Both the position numbers and the translations under genes were made by a program. Positions 30,244 through 39,317 of a DNA stretch of 64,000 nt are shown in pieces. The stretch lies in the IMG/VR virus record IMGVR_UViG_3300042566_001780, positions 62,001 through 126,000 of that record; one strand, 5' to 3'. Each line of letters begins with the position of its first letter. Position 1 is the first letter of the stretch. The notes beneath the pieces are model-generated. The model searched no databases and was not told where the DNA came from. It was given only the letters and a program-made list of their open reading frames with translations.

Positions 30244-30553
30244 GGAAACAAAAATGAGTGCTCTTCCTAAGTGGGATCCTATTTTTCTTCAAGAAGAATT
30301 TGGTGATGATGTTGTATCAAAGTTGGCATTTTTGTCTGGTTGCAATCGTCACTCTCTAGGTAATTCTAGCGTGAATGGTTGGATCATTGATGATGAGACT
30401 CTTCGCCAGTTTGCAGTTGCAATTGTGGATGAATGTCGAGAAGTTTTGAAGAAAGAAATGCAACGGCTTGATGAAATTCCTGGTCGTGAAATCAGCGCAC
30501 AGTCTTTTGAAACCGCGCATCTGTTGATCAAAAAACATTTCAATCAACCATGA
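30236..30553 (+). CDS. three-helix paralog family member
   Basis: QFAVAIVDEC..IKKHFN. Confidence 0.65.
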   Translation: MNKETKMSALPKWDPIFLQEEFGDDVVSKLAFLSGCNRHSLGNSSVNGWIIDDETLRQFAVAIVDECREVLKKEMQRLDEIPGREISAQSFETAHLLIKKHFNQP

Positions 30554-30756
30554 CTCTTGAACTGAATAAAATCAAGCGATCGATGCATGCAGATGTCATC
30601 GCATCTTTTTGGATGATGCTGCGTGAACTTGAAGAAAAAGCTGATTATGGCAGCCAACTTGACAAAGTTCAAGTTGAAGGTTGGTATAGGCAATGGAATC
30701 GAATGACTGGCGATGACAAAGTGCCACGTTGGAAACAGGTGAAAAATGATGAATGA
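30550..30756 (+). CDS. hypothetical protein
   Basis: Coupled ORF. Confidence 0.55.
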   Translation: MTLELNKIKRSMHADVIASFWMMLRELEEKADYGSQLDKVQVEGWYRQWNRMTGDDKVPRWKQVKNDE

Positions 30757-30988
30757 ACGAATCAAAGAGCTTGCTATGCAAGCAGACCCAGAATATACTG
30801 GTGATGAAGATGACAACATGGGTCATGCTTTGGTAGGAAATGCCGCTATTCAAAGATTTGCCGAGTTGATTGTGAAGGAATGTGCTATGCTTATTGGGGG
30901 TTTTGAAATTACCCAAGAAGTTGCCCTTGACGAATATGTTGATTATGAAGCAAGTGCGGTATTGAAAGAGCATTTCGGAGTTGAATGA
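30746..30988 (+). CDS. three-helix paralog family member
   Basis: MNERIKELA..RFAELIVKEC..LKEHFGVE. Confidence 0.75.
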   Translation: MMNERIKELAMQADPEYTGDEDDNMGHALVGNAAIQRFAELIVKECAMLIGGFEITQEVALDEYVDYEASAVLKEHFGVE

Positions 30989-31150
30989 TGAAAGTTAACA
31001 CCGCAGTACGTCGTATTGAAAATGCTATCAATTGCGGGGACTACAAAGAAGCAGATGCTATGCTAAAACGTTATTGCCGTAAATTTGGTAATCGTAAGTT
31101 CACTTATTGGCTTAGAACGTTTATTACAAATGGACTTTGGGAAATGAATT

Positions 31151-31402
31151 ATGAATGAACGAATCAAAGAACTTTTGCCCAACCCATTTGCTGTAGATTA
31201 TCAAGCTAGAGAAACGCCGCTTGATTTGTACACTGAAGTAGAAATGCAAAAATTTGCTTCTCGAATCATTGAAGAATGTGCAGCTATTATGCGAGCGCGT
31301 CTCTTCCCGGATTATGAGGGAAATTCACATAAAGTAGCACACAACAATGCACTGCTATGCGCAATCAGCGACTTGAATGAATTGATGGAGAATGAAGAAT
31401 GA
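31151..31402 (+). CDS. three-helix paralog family member
   Basis: MNERIKELL..KFASRIIEEC. Confidence 0.7.
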   Translation: MNERIKELLPNPFAVDYQARETPLDLYTEVEMQKFASRIIEECAAIMRARLFPDYEGNSHKVAHNNALLCAISDLNELMENEE

Positions 31403-31574
31403 ATACAGTTGTTTGGATTATGCTACTAGCCACTCATGGCTATAAGATGTCTGCAGGACCTGAATTTTCCACAAAAGAAAAGTGCGAGAAGGCTGCAGTC
31501 GTTATGGTTAATGCATTCGATGCAACACGACTCATCGGTAAATCTGAGATGCCACTTTGCGTGAAGATCGAAAA

Positions 31575-31808
31575 ATGAATGAACAACACATCAAGCAACT
31601 TGTCGGTCAAGCTAAATTCATGACTGAGGAAGCGCTCAACTGCAAATTATCATTCAATTCTGATCTGAAGACATTTAGTGAATTTTTTGCTGACTTGATT
31701 ATTCGCGAATGCGCAGATGTAGTTGCAGACATTAACCAAGACTATGATGGTGGGTCCACGACAGTCAATGCTGCAGAAGAAATCAAACAACATTTTGGAA
31801 TTGAATGA
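31575..31808 (+). CDS. three-helix paralog family member
   Basis: MNEQHIKQL..FADLIIREC..IKQHFGIE. Confidence 0.7.
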   Translation: MNEQHIKQLVGQAKFMTEEALNCKLSFNSDLKTFSEFFADLIIRECADVVADINQDYDGGSTTVNAAEEIKQHFGIE

Positions 31809-32029
31809 TGAATATCCGCATTCAGGAAATCAAAAATCGAGCTTCAGTGTGGTGTGATGAGAACATTCCTGAACAGTTTTCTGAAGAAACCAATGGTTAT
31901 GGAGCGGCTTGGGAAAACAAGTTTGCAGAGTTGATTATTAATGTGTGTGCTATATTGGGCGACTTTGCAGAAAATGGCGACGTTTTGAAACCTAGTGTGA
32001 TGATCAAAGATTATTTTGGAGTAGAATGA
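31805..32029 (+). CDS. three-helix paralog family member
   Basis: MNIRIQEI..KFAELIINVC..IKDYFGVE. Confidence 0.7.
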   Translation: MMNIRIQEIKNRASVWCDENIPEQFSEETNGYGAAWENKFAELIINVCAILGDFAENGDVLKPSVMIKDYFGVE

Positions 32030-32072
32030 TGCATGAACGAATTCAAGCGTTGATTAAGGATGCCACTAGAAT
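31997..32072 (+). repeat. 76-bp direct repeat, copy 1 (gene junction)
   Basis: 74/76 identical to 37146-37221 by manual alignment. Confidence 0.85.
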
Positions 32073-32277
32073 AATCCCTGCTGATTGGAATTGCGTAGAA
32101 GATCTTGAAGAATTTGACAAAGAAAAATTTGCTAAGTTAATTATACAGGAATGTCTGAAAATAACAGGTAGTCTTTCTATGCTACATTCTAGAAAAGATG
32201 TGGCATTTGATGTAGGCTACACAATGGGATGCGAGCGAGCAACTAAAGAAATCAAAAAACATTTTGGAGTAGAATGA
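32026..32277 (+). CDS. three-helix paralog family member
   Basis: MHERIQAL..KFAKLIIQEC..IKKHFGVE. Confidence 0.7.
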   Translation: MMHERIQALIKDATRIIPADWNCVEDLEEFDKEKFAKLIIQECLKITGSLSMLHSRKDVAFDVGYTMGCERATKEIKKHFGVE

Positions 32278-32278
32278 A

Positions 32279-32539
32279 ATGCAATACCTTTTGACACAGG
32301 AAGAGTATGATGCTCTGCATACCCACAAAGAGGAACACACTGCTCTTGAGAAAAAGAAACTACAAAAACTCTGCACCAAGATTGCAAATGAAATGCCAGT
32401 AGCATGGGGTTGGGGTGGCCCTGATCCTAAGCCATGGGGATGCTATTTGACAGCCAGAGACAATGATGAAGAATGGTATTGCGATAAGTGCCCTGTTCAG
32501 GAAATTTGTCCGTCTGATGAGAGAGCTTACTCACAATGA
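32279..32539 (+). CDS. Cys-rich hypothetical protein
   Basis: MQYLLTQEEY..WGC..YCDKCPV..CP. Confidence 0.6.
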   Translation: MQYLLTQEEYDALHTHKEEHTALEKKKLQKLCTKIANEMPVAWGWGGPDPKPWGCYLTARDNDEEWYCDKCPVQEICPSDERAYSQ

Positions 32540-32781
32540 ATGAAAAATTGAAAGATCTTGCATTCAGGGCAGGATTTGTTGGTGAAAGCATGTTTCCCAT
32601 TCTTGGCACATGTCAGGAAACTGCTTTGCAAAATTTTGCCAATTTGATTGTTGAAGAATGTTGCCAAGCTGCAAAGACGAAGCTATTGCCTAATTTGAGA
32701 GTTCATGAGACTCATCAAATGTCTTACAATGAAGGCATTCATTCTACTATCTTGGCCATCAATTCAAATTTCAAGAAGTGA
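32536..32781 (+). CDS. three-helix paralog family member
   Basis: MNEKLKDLA..NFANLIVEEC. Confidence 0.7.
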   Translation: MNEKLKDLAFRAGFVGESMFPILGTCQETALQNFANLIVEECCQAAKTKLLPNLRVHETHQMSYNEGIHSTILAINSNFKK

Positions 32782-33011
32782 ATATGCTAAGCCCAAAACT
32801 AAATGAGCTTCATTCTGCAGCATGGCTTGAAATTTCCAAGGGTCTCAATAATTGTGAACTGCAGTCTCATGAATTTGAAAGTGCAGTCAACGCTAAGTTT
32901 GCAAAGCTAATCATTGAAGAGTGCATCAAGTTTTTGCCTGAAGATTGTCAAGACCCGAAAACAAAAATTCATCTAAGCTATGTTCTTTTGAACCATTTTG
33001 AGGTAGAATAA
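32778..33011 (+). CDS. three-helix paralog family member
   Basis: KFAKLIIEEC..LNHFEVE. Confidence 0.7.
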   Translation: MNMLSPKLNELHSAAWLEISKGLNNCELQSHEFESAVNAKFAKLIIEECIKFLPEDCQDPKTKIHLSYVLLNHFEVE

Positions 33012-33249
33012 TGTCATTAGCAGAGAAATGGAAAAGTTTTGTTAAACGTCATCTTGATGCTATGATGGAAGCAGCTCAGGCAGATTCAGAAATTTCTTAT
33101 GCCGAATGGCAAGAGCTCAAAACTGAGTACAAGAAAACACTAGGTGAAGACTATGAACGAGGACAAAAAGTTCCAAAATCGCAGGTACGATGATTTCCAT
33201 AATCATGGTGGTTGGAAGAAGCGATTCAATCGATGGCTGAAAAAGTTCT

Positions 33250-33513
33250 TTGGTGAATGAAATGAAAAGCTACGAGGAAATGATTCAGTGGCACGTTGAT
33301 CAAGCAGACAACGGGAAGATTCGCCACTATGAATGGCCATCGTACTTTGCTATTTCGGAAGTTTTTGGAAAAGATGTCAACTCAGTTGTCGCTGACATTA
33401 ATGGTGAAAAGGCGCGGCGTGAAGAGATCAAAAAGCAGCAACGAAAAGAACAGCATCGTGTTGAAAATGAAAAACGCCGTCTAGCTAATTTACAGAAAGC
33501 TCAAAATGTCTAA
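33250..33513 (+). CDS. hypothetical protein
   Basis: ORF in early operon; start probably ATG near 33262. Confidence 0.5.
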   Translation: MVNEMKSYEEMIQWHVDQADNGKIRHYEWPSYFAISEVFGKDVNSVVADINGEKARREEIKKQQRKEQHRVENEKRRLANLQKAQNV

Positions 33514-33757
33514 AAGAATCTTGGAAATTGCTGAACGCGCTGGCATTCATTTTAGTAATAAGAGGATTCTTAATGGTGGCAATGAAATTGCTCAGTTTGT
33601 TACAAAATCTAGTGTGGAGTATTTTGCTGAGCTAGTTGCCCAAGAATGTGCTAGAGTTATTGAAGAGCACGCAAAACTGTTTCCTGAGGCAGATACAACT
33701 TGGCGTTGTGCTATGATAGAATCTGCCAAAGTCGTAAAAGATAATTTTCGGAGTTGA
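33506..33757 (+). CDS. three-helix paralog family member
   Basis: MSKRILEIA..YFAELVAQEC..VKDNF. Confidence 0.7.
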   Translation: MSKRILEIAERAGIHFSNKRILNGGNEIAQFVTKSSVEYFAELVAQECARVIEEHAKLFPEADTTWRCAMIESAKVVKDNFRS

Positions 33758-33760
33758 AGA

Positions 33761-33988
33761 ATGAATCCAGATGCTATCAAAAGATTTCGGTTCGCTGCTG
33801 CTGATCATGCAAATGAATTGAAACCTCTAGGTATTATGAAGTGGAATGAAGTTCGTGATGAAAAATTTGCTGAGTTGATCATTGAAGAAAATTCATCTAA
33901 AATGGTGGCAGCTTTGATGAGTGATCCTAATTTTGCAAAAGCTATGGATGCTTATTACGAAATCAAATGGGCACATCGTTTCGATTGA
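33761..33988 (+). CDS. three-helix paralog family member (divergent C-terminus)
   Basis: EKFAELIIEE. Confidence 0.6.
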   Translation: MNPDAIKRFRFAAADHANELKPLGIMKWNEVRDEKFAELIIEENSSKMVAALMSDPNFAKAMDAYYEIKWAHRFD

Positions 33989-33995
33989 ATAGATT

Positions 33996-34268
33996 ATGAA
34001 TAGCATCACAAAACGTCTAATGTCAGCGGCAGGTGCAGGATTTTATGACAAATGGCATCAAGGTAAGCACACAATAGAATTTACTACTGAAAAATTTGAT
34101 CCTGAAAAATTTGCCGAACTGATTGTACAAGAATGTATTTGCCTTGTGCTAAATGGGAAGCATGATAATGAAAAGTTTGACATTAATGACAAATTTCATT
34201 GTGGACACAACATTGCCCTGGAAAACGCTTCCGAAGGAATAGCAAAGCATTTCGGAGTTGAAAAATGA
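33996..34268 (+). CDS. three-helix paralog family member
   Basis: FDPEKFAELIVQEC..IAKHFGVE. Confidence 0.7.
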   Translation: MNSITKRLMSAAGAGFYDKWHQGKHTIEFTTEKFDPEKFAELIVQECICLVLNGKHDNEKFDINDKFHCGHNIALENASEGIAKHFGVEK

Positions 34269-34585
34269 TCTCAGCAAAAGAAGCTAAAGAACTCTATGAA
34301 AAGAGCAGCGCCCGCGTCAAAGTGTTTCTAGACAAAGAAGTTGAACCAAAAGTCAAAGAAGCTATTGATCTAGGCAAGAATTCCTGCACAATCTATCTTG
34401 GTGCAGAGCCGGTATTCAAGATTATTGCACCATCGGTTTTTCACCAACATGTGATGGAACAATTGCGCATTCTAGGCTACAAGGTTCAGTTTGGCCGTTA
34501 TGGTGAAACGTATGTGCCTCGAGGTCTGGGTGATGGGGTTTGCAGAGACGAGTACTGCAACTACGGCATTATGATTAGTTGGTGA
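34265..34585 (+). CDS. hypothetical protein
   Basis: MISAKEA..LGYKV..ISW architecture. Confidence 0.6.
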   Translation: MISAKEAKELYEKSSARVKVFLDKEVEPKVKEAIDLGKNSCTIYLGAEPVFKIIAPSVFHQHVMEQLRILGYKVQFGRYGETYVPRGLGDGVCRDEYCNYGIMISW

Positions 34586-34599
34586 TCTAAGGAAATGAA

Positions 34600-34872
34600 A
34601 TGACAATTGGATTCAGGAATCTTGTTCTTGGTGATGAAAGCACTACACCAGTGTCAGTCACAAAGTTGTTGAATGATGATCAGCAACTACAAAATTACGT
34701 GACAGCAATCAGGACAGAACTTGCTCGAGTAGAAGCCCAAAAGAAAATGCTGTCTGAGCTGCTTGAAGAGCAAATGGCAAAATGTCAGCACCTCGTTTTC
34801 AGGGACGTTGATGCTGGCATGTATGCATTTCGAAAATGCGTAATTTGCGGTTTTGACATGGGAAGCGTATGA
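34600..34872 (+). CDS. hypothetical protein with C-terminal CxH/CxxC
   Basis: ORF with AAGGA RBS. Confidence 0.55.
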   Translation: MTIGFRNLVLGDESTTPVSVTKLLNDDQQLQNYVTAIRTELARVEAQKKMLSELLEEQMAKCQHLVFRDVDAGMYAFRKCVICGFDMGSV

Positions 34873-35135
34873 TTGCTAAGATGGATGAGCTGGCCTTGAA
34901 AGCTGGTGCTTCATTCATTGGTGGGCACATTGAATTTCCGCCCGGATCAGGAGATTGGGTTTGGTACGAGTACAAGCACATCGACTATAATGACATGTGC
35001 CACCGCGAATTCATGAAGCTAATTGTTGAAGAATGCTTCAAGGCTGCTATGATTGAATCAAAAGGTCACATAAACCCGGTTGATCTAATGAATAGAATGA
35101 AAGAAATGACGGGGCTCAGTCAAAATGACATCTAA
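34869..35135 (+). CDS. three-helix paralog family member
   Basis: MDELALKAG..EFMKLIVEEC. Confidence 0.6.
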   Translation: MIAKMDELALKAGASFIGGHIEFPPGSGDWVWYEYKHIDYNDMCHREFMKLIVEECFKAAMIESKGHINPVDLMNRMKEMTGLSQNDI

Positions 35136-35928
35136 CAAAGACATTATCAATCAACTCCAAGACTGCATTCGTGATCTACTTGAGTTTGTAGAATCGCACA
35201 GTCATCATTGGAATGGCGTAGTTGCGCAGCATCCGCAAATTTTGGCAGAAGTTGCACATCCGCTATTGGAATTGAATGCAGCTGACATGAAGATGCCGGT
35301 GAAGACTCCAACACCTCCAGCAATGGCGGAAATGAGCGATATCATTTTTGCTGAAGGATGGAATGCATGCGTTGAGGCATTCTTCGATGGTGTTGAATCA
35401 GATCCGCCAACAATTATCACCGTAACTGAGACACTTGGAAAAGAGCCAGTTGGGTGGCAAGTTTGGTCTGGCGTGATGGATATGCGCCCACATTGGCCGC
35501 CCTTTCAAACTAAACCAGAAGCTGAAGCTCTTGCTGAGCGTATCAAAAGTAATACAGAAGTTCGTCCTGTGTATGCTGGTGAAATGAAACAATCACCAAA
35601 GCAGTACTTCTATAAGAATAACGAATGCACTGCACAATCCGCAAAAGATCCTGGCTGCAAATGTTGGTGGGACATTGGCACAGGTCCATTAAAAGATGGG
35701 ACTCCTACTGATTTTCGTGAAAAGCCAAAGGTGTCACAATGTGAACTTCCTCCCGCTGGTTGGATTTGCACTAGACAAGCAGGACATGATGGCCCCTGTG
35801 CAGCCCATAATGCTGAATCTATCATTGAGCTTCAAACTCAACTAGAAAATTTGAAAAAGGTCGTTGATGTCAAAATGAATGAGATTAGAAATGTCATTAT
35901 GTCTACCTTGACTAAGGATTTGAAATGA
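35125..35928 (+). CDS. mosaic hypothetical protein (Ead/Eaa-like modules)
   Basis: GWNAC, EPVGW..RPVY, PPAGWICTR..HDGPCAA modules. Confidence 0.5.
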   Translation: MTSNKDIINQLQDCIRDLLEFVESHSHHWNGVVAQHPQILAEVAHPLLELNAADMKMPVKTPTPPAMAEMSDIIFAEGWNACVEAFFDGVESDPPTIITVTETLGKEPVGWQVWSGVMDMRPHWPPFQTKPEAEALAERIKSNTEVRPVYAGEMKQSPKQYFYKNNECTAQSAKDPGCKCWWDIGTGPLKDGTPTDFREKPKVSQCELPPAGWICTRQAGHDGPCAAHNAESIIELQTQLENLKKVVDVKMNEIRNVIMSTLTKDLK

Positions 35929-36275
35929 TGAAGTGCTTTAGCATCGATGATGAGAACTTCAACTATGATTCTCTCGGTGATTTAATAATGTCAACTAGTC
36001 CTGAAGTGGGCGATTTCTACTATGAAGCAGATTGTGTTGATGTGATTGTTGACAATTATCTGGTGAATCATTTGCTTGAAGATGCCGATGATTTGCTATA
36101 TGACGATCTCGGTGAAATCTATGATAGTGATTTTTCAAAGGTGTCTGATGAAGCCAAGAAAGAATTGCTAATTTTGCTGCAAACCTGGGCAGCAAAGCAC
36201 GTCAACTTGGATCGCTATTGGAAAATTGTTGGGGAAAGCAGGAAGCTGCAATTCACCAAAGAAGATCTTGAATGA
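35925..36275 (+). CDS. acidic hypothetical protein
   Basis: Coupled ORF. Confidence 0.55.
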   Translation: MMKCFSIDDENFNYDSLGDLIMSTSPEVGDFYYEADCVDVIVDNYLVNHLLEDADDLLYDDLGEIYDSDFSKVSDEAKKELLILLQTWAAKHVNLDRYWKIVGESRKLQFTKEDLE

Positions 36276-36285
36276 AGGATTGAAA

Positions 36286-36948
36286 ATGTTTGAAGAAGAA
36301 TGGGACGCGGCTGATTGGGTCAAATTGCTTAAGCTAGCTGCAAATGGAAAAACCACTTTGTCAAAAGACCAGCTCAAAGAAGTAGCTGCGTTTCTTTTTC
36401 AACAAGCTACAGAAATTGTGAAATTGAAAAGTAAGTTGGAAGAGGAGGGTGAGATTGTTATCACTACTAGTTTTGAAACTGGCAAGTGTCTTGCTGTCAC
36501 ACGCCAAGATGAAGAAGGTCGAATCCTAAGAATTGTTTGGGAAGCACCTGATGTTGTTGAACAGGATGAGCCGAGCGTAGAAGAAGCTCTTCGTGTTTTG
36601 CATAGTGTAGAGACCTCAGTGCAAAGTGGAATCAATGTCACCGATGGTTGGAGAATTTTGCGAAATCTCATTAGCAAGTTCAAAATTGTCCCTCACGGTG
36701 TGCAAAAAGCTATTGAGAATGCGGGATTCACTTTGGTGAAAAACCAGTTTGGTTATCATCTCATGAAACTTGGCAAAATTGAGGCACATTCTGTTCAAGA
36801 TGAAGAATCTCAACCAGTAGCTTGGAGACTTCGTGATGAAGAGCCTGGAATGAAACCTCGATGGGTCTACTATGATGAGGACGATTTTGTAAAAGGCGTC
36901 ATTCCACATGAGGTTTTTCCAAAGCTTCAAAAGCTCTACACAAAATGA
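36286..36948 (+). CDS. mosaic hypothetical protein
   Basis: AVTRQDEEGRILRIVW and QPVAW modules; start uncertain. Confidence 0.5.
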   Translation: MFEEEWDAADWVKLLKLAANGKTTLSKDQLKEVAAFLFQQATEIVKLKSKLEEEGEIVITTSFETGKCLAVTRQDEEGRILRIVWEAPDVVEQDEPSVEEALRVLHSVETSVQSGINVTDGWRILRNLISKFKIVPHGVQKAIENAGFTLVKNQFGYHLMKLGKIEAHSVQDEESQPVAWRLRDEEPGMKPRWVYYDEDDFVKGVIPHEVFPKLQKLYTK

Positions 36949-37178
36949 AACTAACTGCACAACAGAAGTTTGACCTACTTCCAAAAATTCAACTCAAGGG
37001 CGAAAAAAAGCCTACTACTCAAGTTTGGTTGACCCAAAAAGATGCACTCAACTATGCAGATCAAATTGAATCTGCTGCTAGTGAACATTTTCAAAAACGT
37101 ATCGATCAATTGGAAGAAATCATTGAAGAGCAACGCAGAGCTCTAGTGATGATCAAAGATTATTTTGGAGTAGAATGA
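36945..37178 (+). CDS. hypothetical protein ending in the family C-terminus MIKDYFGVE
   Basis: Unrelated body with repeat-derived end. Confidence 0.55.
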   Translation: MKLTAQQKFDLLPKIQLKGEKKPTTQVWLTQKDALNYADQIESAASEHFQKRIDQLEEIIEEQRRALVMIKDYFGVE

Positions 37179-37221
37179 TGCATGAACGAATTCAAGCATT
37201 GATTGAGGATGCCACTAGAAT
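37146..37221 (+). repeat. 76-bp direct repeat, copy 2
   Basis: 74/76 identical to 31997-32072. Confidence 0.85.
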
Positions 37222-37375
37222 GAACCGAATTTTGAAAAATGGTCTTATTACGGCCTACATCATTTTTATGTCACTTGCTTTTCTTGGAAAAACTGGTGAC
37301 TATTTTGTAGCTGGTGTTGCTGCACTATCAATGTTTGCAGTTTGGTCATTTGCTGTCAAAATTAAAACAAAATGA
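37175..37375 (+). CDS. two-TM protein with repeat-derived N-terminus
   Basis: MMHERIQALIEDATR followed by a hydrophobic body. Confidence 0.5.
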   Translation: MMHERIQALIEDATRMNRILKNGLITAYIIFMSLAFLGKTGDYFVAGVAALSMFAVWSFAVKIKTK

Positions 37376-37698
37376 AAACAAAAGATTTTCCATCAGTTGT
37401 AGCTGCAAGAAAAGTTGTAGAAAAACAGGCTGCGCGCTATCATCAAATGATGGGCACTAATCATCAAATGAATGAAGCAACCAAGCAGCTCATCATCAAA
37501 TCCGGTCTTTCCCCAACTGAACAATGTTATGATGCGCATGGTTACTGTTTTGAAGCAACTAACCAAAAGCTGAAAGCACTGGTCGAGAATGTAGTTCGAC
37601 AAGCTATTTGGATTGCTTATCATAGTCATGCAATGAATAAGGATGCCAAATTCACCGAGCATCTGGATGAAGTGAAACGTTACTATGGGATTGAATGA
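37372..37698 (+). CDS. three-helix paralog family member (divergent)
   Basis: MNEATKQL..VKRYYGIE. Confidence 0.55.
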   Translation: MKTKDFPSVVAARKVVEKQAARYHQMMGTNHQMNEATKQLIIKSGLSPTEQCYDAHGYCFEATNQKLKALVENVVRQAIWIAYHSHAMNKDAKFTEHLDEVKRYYGIE

Positions 37699-37842
37699 TG
37701 AAGGGTCCTCGAGAATTGAAGAACTATGTAGCTCGATTTCGCAAAGAGCTCAAGGCAATGCATTGGGATGACCTGCTTATCTTCAAACTGCAACGCTGTA
37801 AGAAATGGTTCAAACGGGACAAACGAATCAAGAAAGAAGACT

Positions 37843-38067
37843 ATGAATGAAATAGTGAAGCAACTTTTGGATGAATCAACCCAAACTATTGAAATTATTG
37901 ATCCTGACACCAAGCTTACGCATCACCGGTCTTTCATTGATCAAGAAGAATTTGTGAAGTTGCTTGTTGAAGAAATCCAGCACCGATGCATGCAAGAATG
38001 GTTTGGCGATTCTCTTGAAGATATTATCTATGATAGATTGCCGAAGCACTTTGGACTAACATCCTAA
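37843..38067 (+). CDS. three-helix paralog family member
   Basis: MNEIVKQLL..EFVKLLVEE..PKHFGL. Confidence 0.6.
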   Translation: MNEIVKQLLDESTQTIEIIDPDTKLTHHRSFIDQEEFVKLLVEEIQHRCMQEWFGDSLEDIIYDRLPKHFGLTS

Positions 38068-38088
38068 TATTTGTAGAATTCACCAGAT

Positions 38089-38118
38089 GAGGCCCAGAGA
38101 TGAAAATTTCTGGGCCTC
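38089..38118 (+). terminator. hairpin/terminator ending the early operon
   Basis: GAGGCCCAGAGA..TTTCTGGGCCTC. Confidence 0.6.
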
Positions 38119-38263
38119 AATTAGTTTCACATCCATCAAAACAAAGCGCCCTCAGAGCCCTCGGCAATCCTAAAACTTTGTTACAAATAGGATGTAAAAA
38201 AGTTACAATAGACTCTTATCGAAATTTGTTGATGAAATTGGAAGAAATCATCACCAGATTTTG

Positions 38264-38271
38264 CTAAATAG
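38264..38271 (+). promoter_or_regulatory. late promoter CTAAATAG
   Basis: Upstream of the ssb gene. Confidence 0.55.
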
Positions 38272-38320
38272 ATTTGTCTGCAAAGACATTTTTTAACTTT
38301 TCAAAACTTTAGGAGTTTTT

Positions 38321-39244
38321 ATGACAACCAAACGTTCCCTTGCTGATCTTGCTGCTGCTTTTTCTTCCAAAGCTAATGAAGGCGGATCCAGCCCCACTTG
38401 GAAGCTTTTCTTCAATTTCTGGAAAGCTCCTGTCGATAGCGTATCCACTGTTCGTTTCTTGCCTGATGCTAATCAAGATAACCCTATGGGTTTCCTTGTT
38501 GAAAATCTAGTGCATGAGCTGACGATCAATGGCAAACGCGAAAAAGTGCCTTGCTTGAAGATGTACGGTGAATCTTGTCCAGTTTGTGAGCTTTCTGCTC
38601 AATACTACGATGAGAAGAATCCGCTGCATTCTGAAGAACTTGGTAAGAAGTTCTATCGTAAAAAGTCTTACATTGGCCAAGTGCTTGTGATTGACACTCC
38701 CGTTGAACATGATGGTGACCAACTTGTCAAGCTAATTGAATTCGGTCCTCAGGTCTTTAAGCAAATCCAAGCTGCATTCCAGTCTGGTGATCTTGAAGAA
38801 GCCCCCTATGAGCTTAAGGGTGGTTACAATTTCCGTTTCCGTAAGACTTTGACTGGCGCAGGTCAGAATTCTTACACCACTTCTAACTTTGCTCCTAAGC
38901 AAACTGACGTAGCAGACGATACGCTGAATGCAATTACACTGTATGATCTTTCTCAGTATCGCACTCCGAAAATGGATCGCACTGCTTTGGAAGCTATGCT
39001 CGTAGCTGCTCAGACCGGTGAAAGCTATACTGCAGAATCCGATGCTCCTGCTAAGACTGCAGACACAGTGAACAAGCTTCGCGATCGTCTTGCACAATCG
39101 GCCGATGCTGATGATGCTCCTGCGGCAGAAACTCCTAAGGCATCTGCTCCTGAAGAGTCGTCTGGTGGCAACAAGCAATCTGTGGTGGAAATGCTTCGCG
39201 CACGTGCTGCAGCTGCTAAGGCTGCACAGCAAGCTGCTCAGTAA
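38321..39244 (+). CDS. single-stranded DNA-binding protein, T4 gp32-like
   Basis: VRFLPD, H..C..CPVC zinc site, GYNFRFRK, Y..SNF. Confidence 0.9.
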   Translation: MTTKRSLADLAAAFSSKANEGGSSPTWKLFFNFWKAPVDSVSTVRFLPDANQDNPMGFLVENLVHELTINGKREKVPCLKMYGESCPVCELSAQYYDEKNPLHSEELGKKFYRKKSYIGQVLVIDTPVEHDGDQLVKLIEFGPQVFKQIQAAFQSGDLEEAPYELKGGYNFRFRKTLTGAGQNSYTTSNFAPKQTDVADDTLNAITLYDLSQYRTPKMDRTALEAMLVAAQTGESYTAESDAPAKTADTVNKLRDRLAQSADADDAPAAETPKASAPEESSGGNKQSVVEMLRARAAAAKAAQQAAQ

Positions 39245-39257
39245 TTTTTACTAGCAC

Positions 39258-39295
39258 GAGGCCCATCTTGTTTACTCGAGATGGGCCTTATTTTT
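39258..39295 (+). terminator. intrinsic terminator
   Basis: GAGGCCCATCTTG..CGAGATGGGCCTT then ATTTTT. Confidence 0.75.
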
Positions 39296-39317
39296 CTTTG
39301 ATTTTTGGAGAATAATT

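Noticed and set aside
30971-37700. CRISPR array or integron attC sites at the repeated junctions
   Set aside because: Repeats are degenerate, coding, non-palindromic and separated by whole genes; no cas or integrase seen
28222-38067. Diversity-generating retroelement behind the paralog array
   Set aside because: No reverse transcriptase in the window; the two mismatches in the 76-bp repeat go in opposite directions; loops differ in length rather than by A-specific substitution
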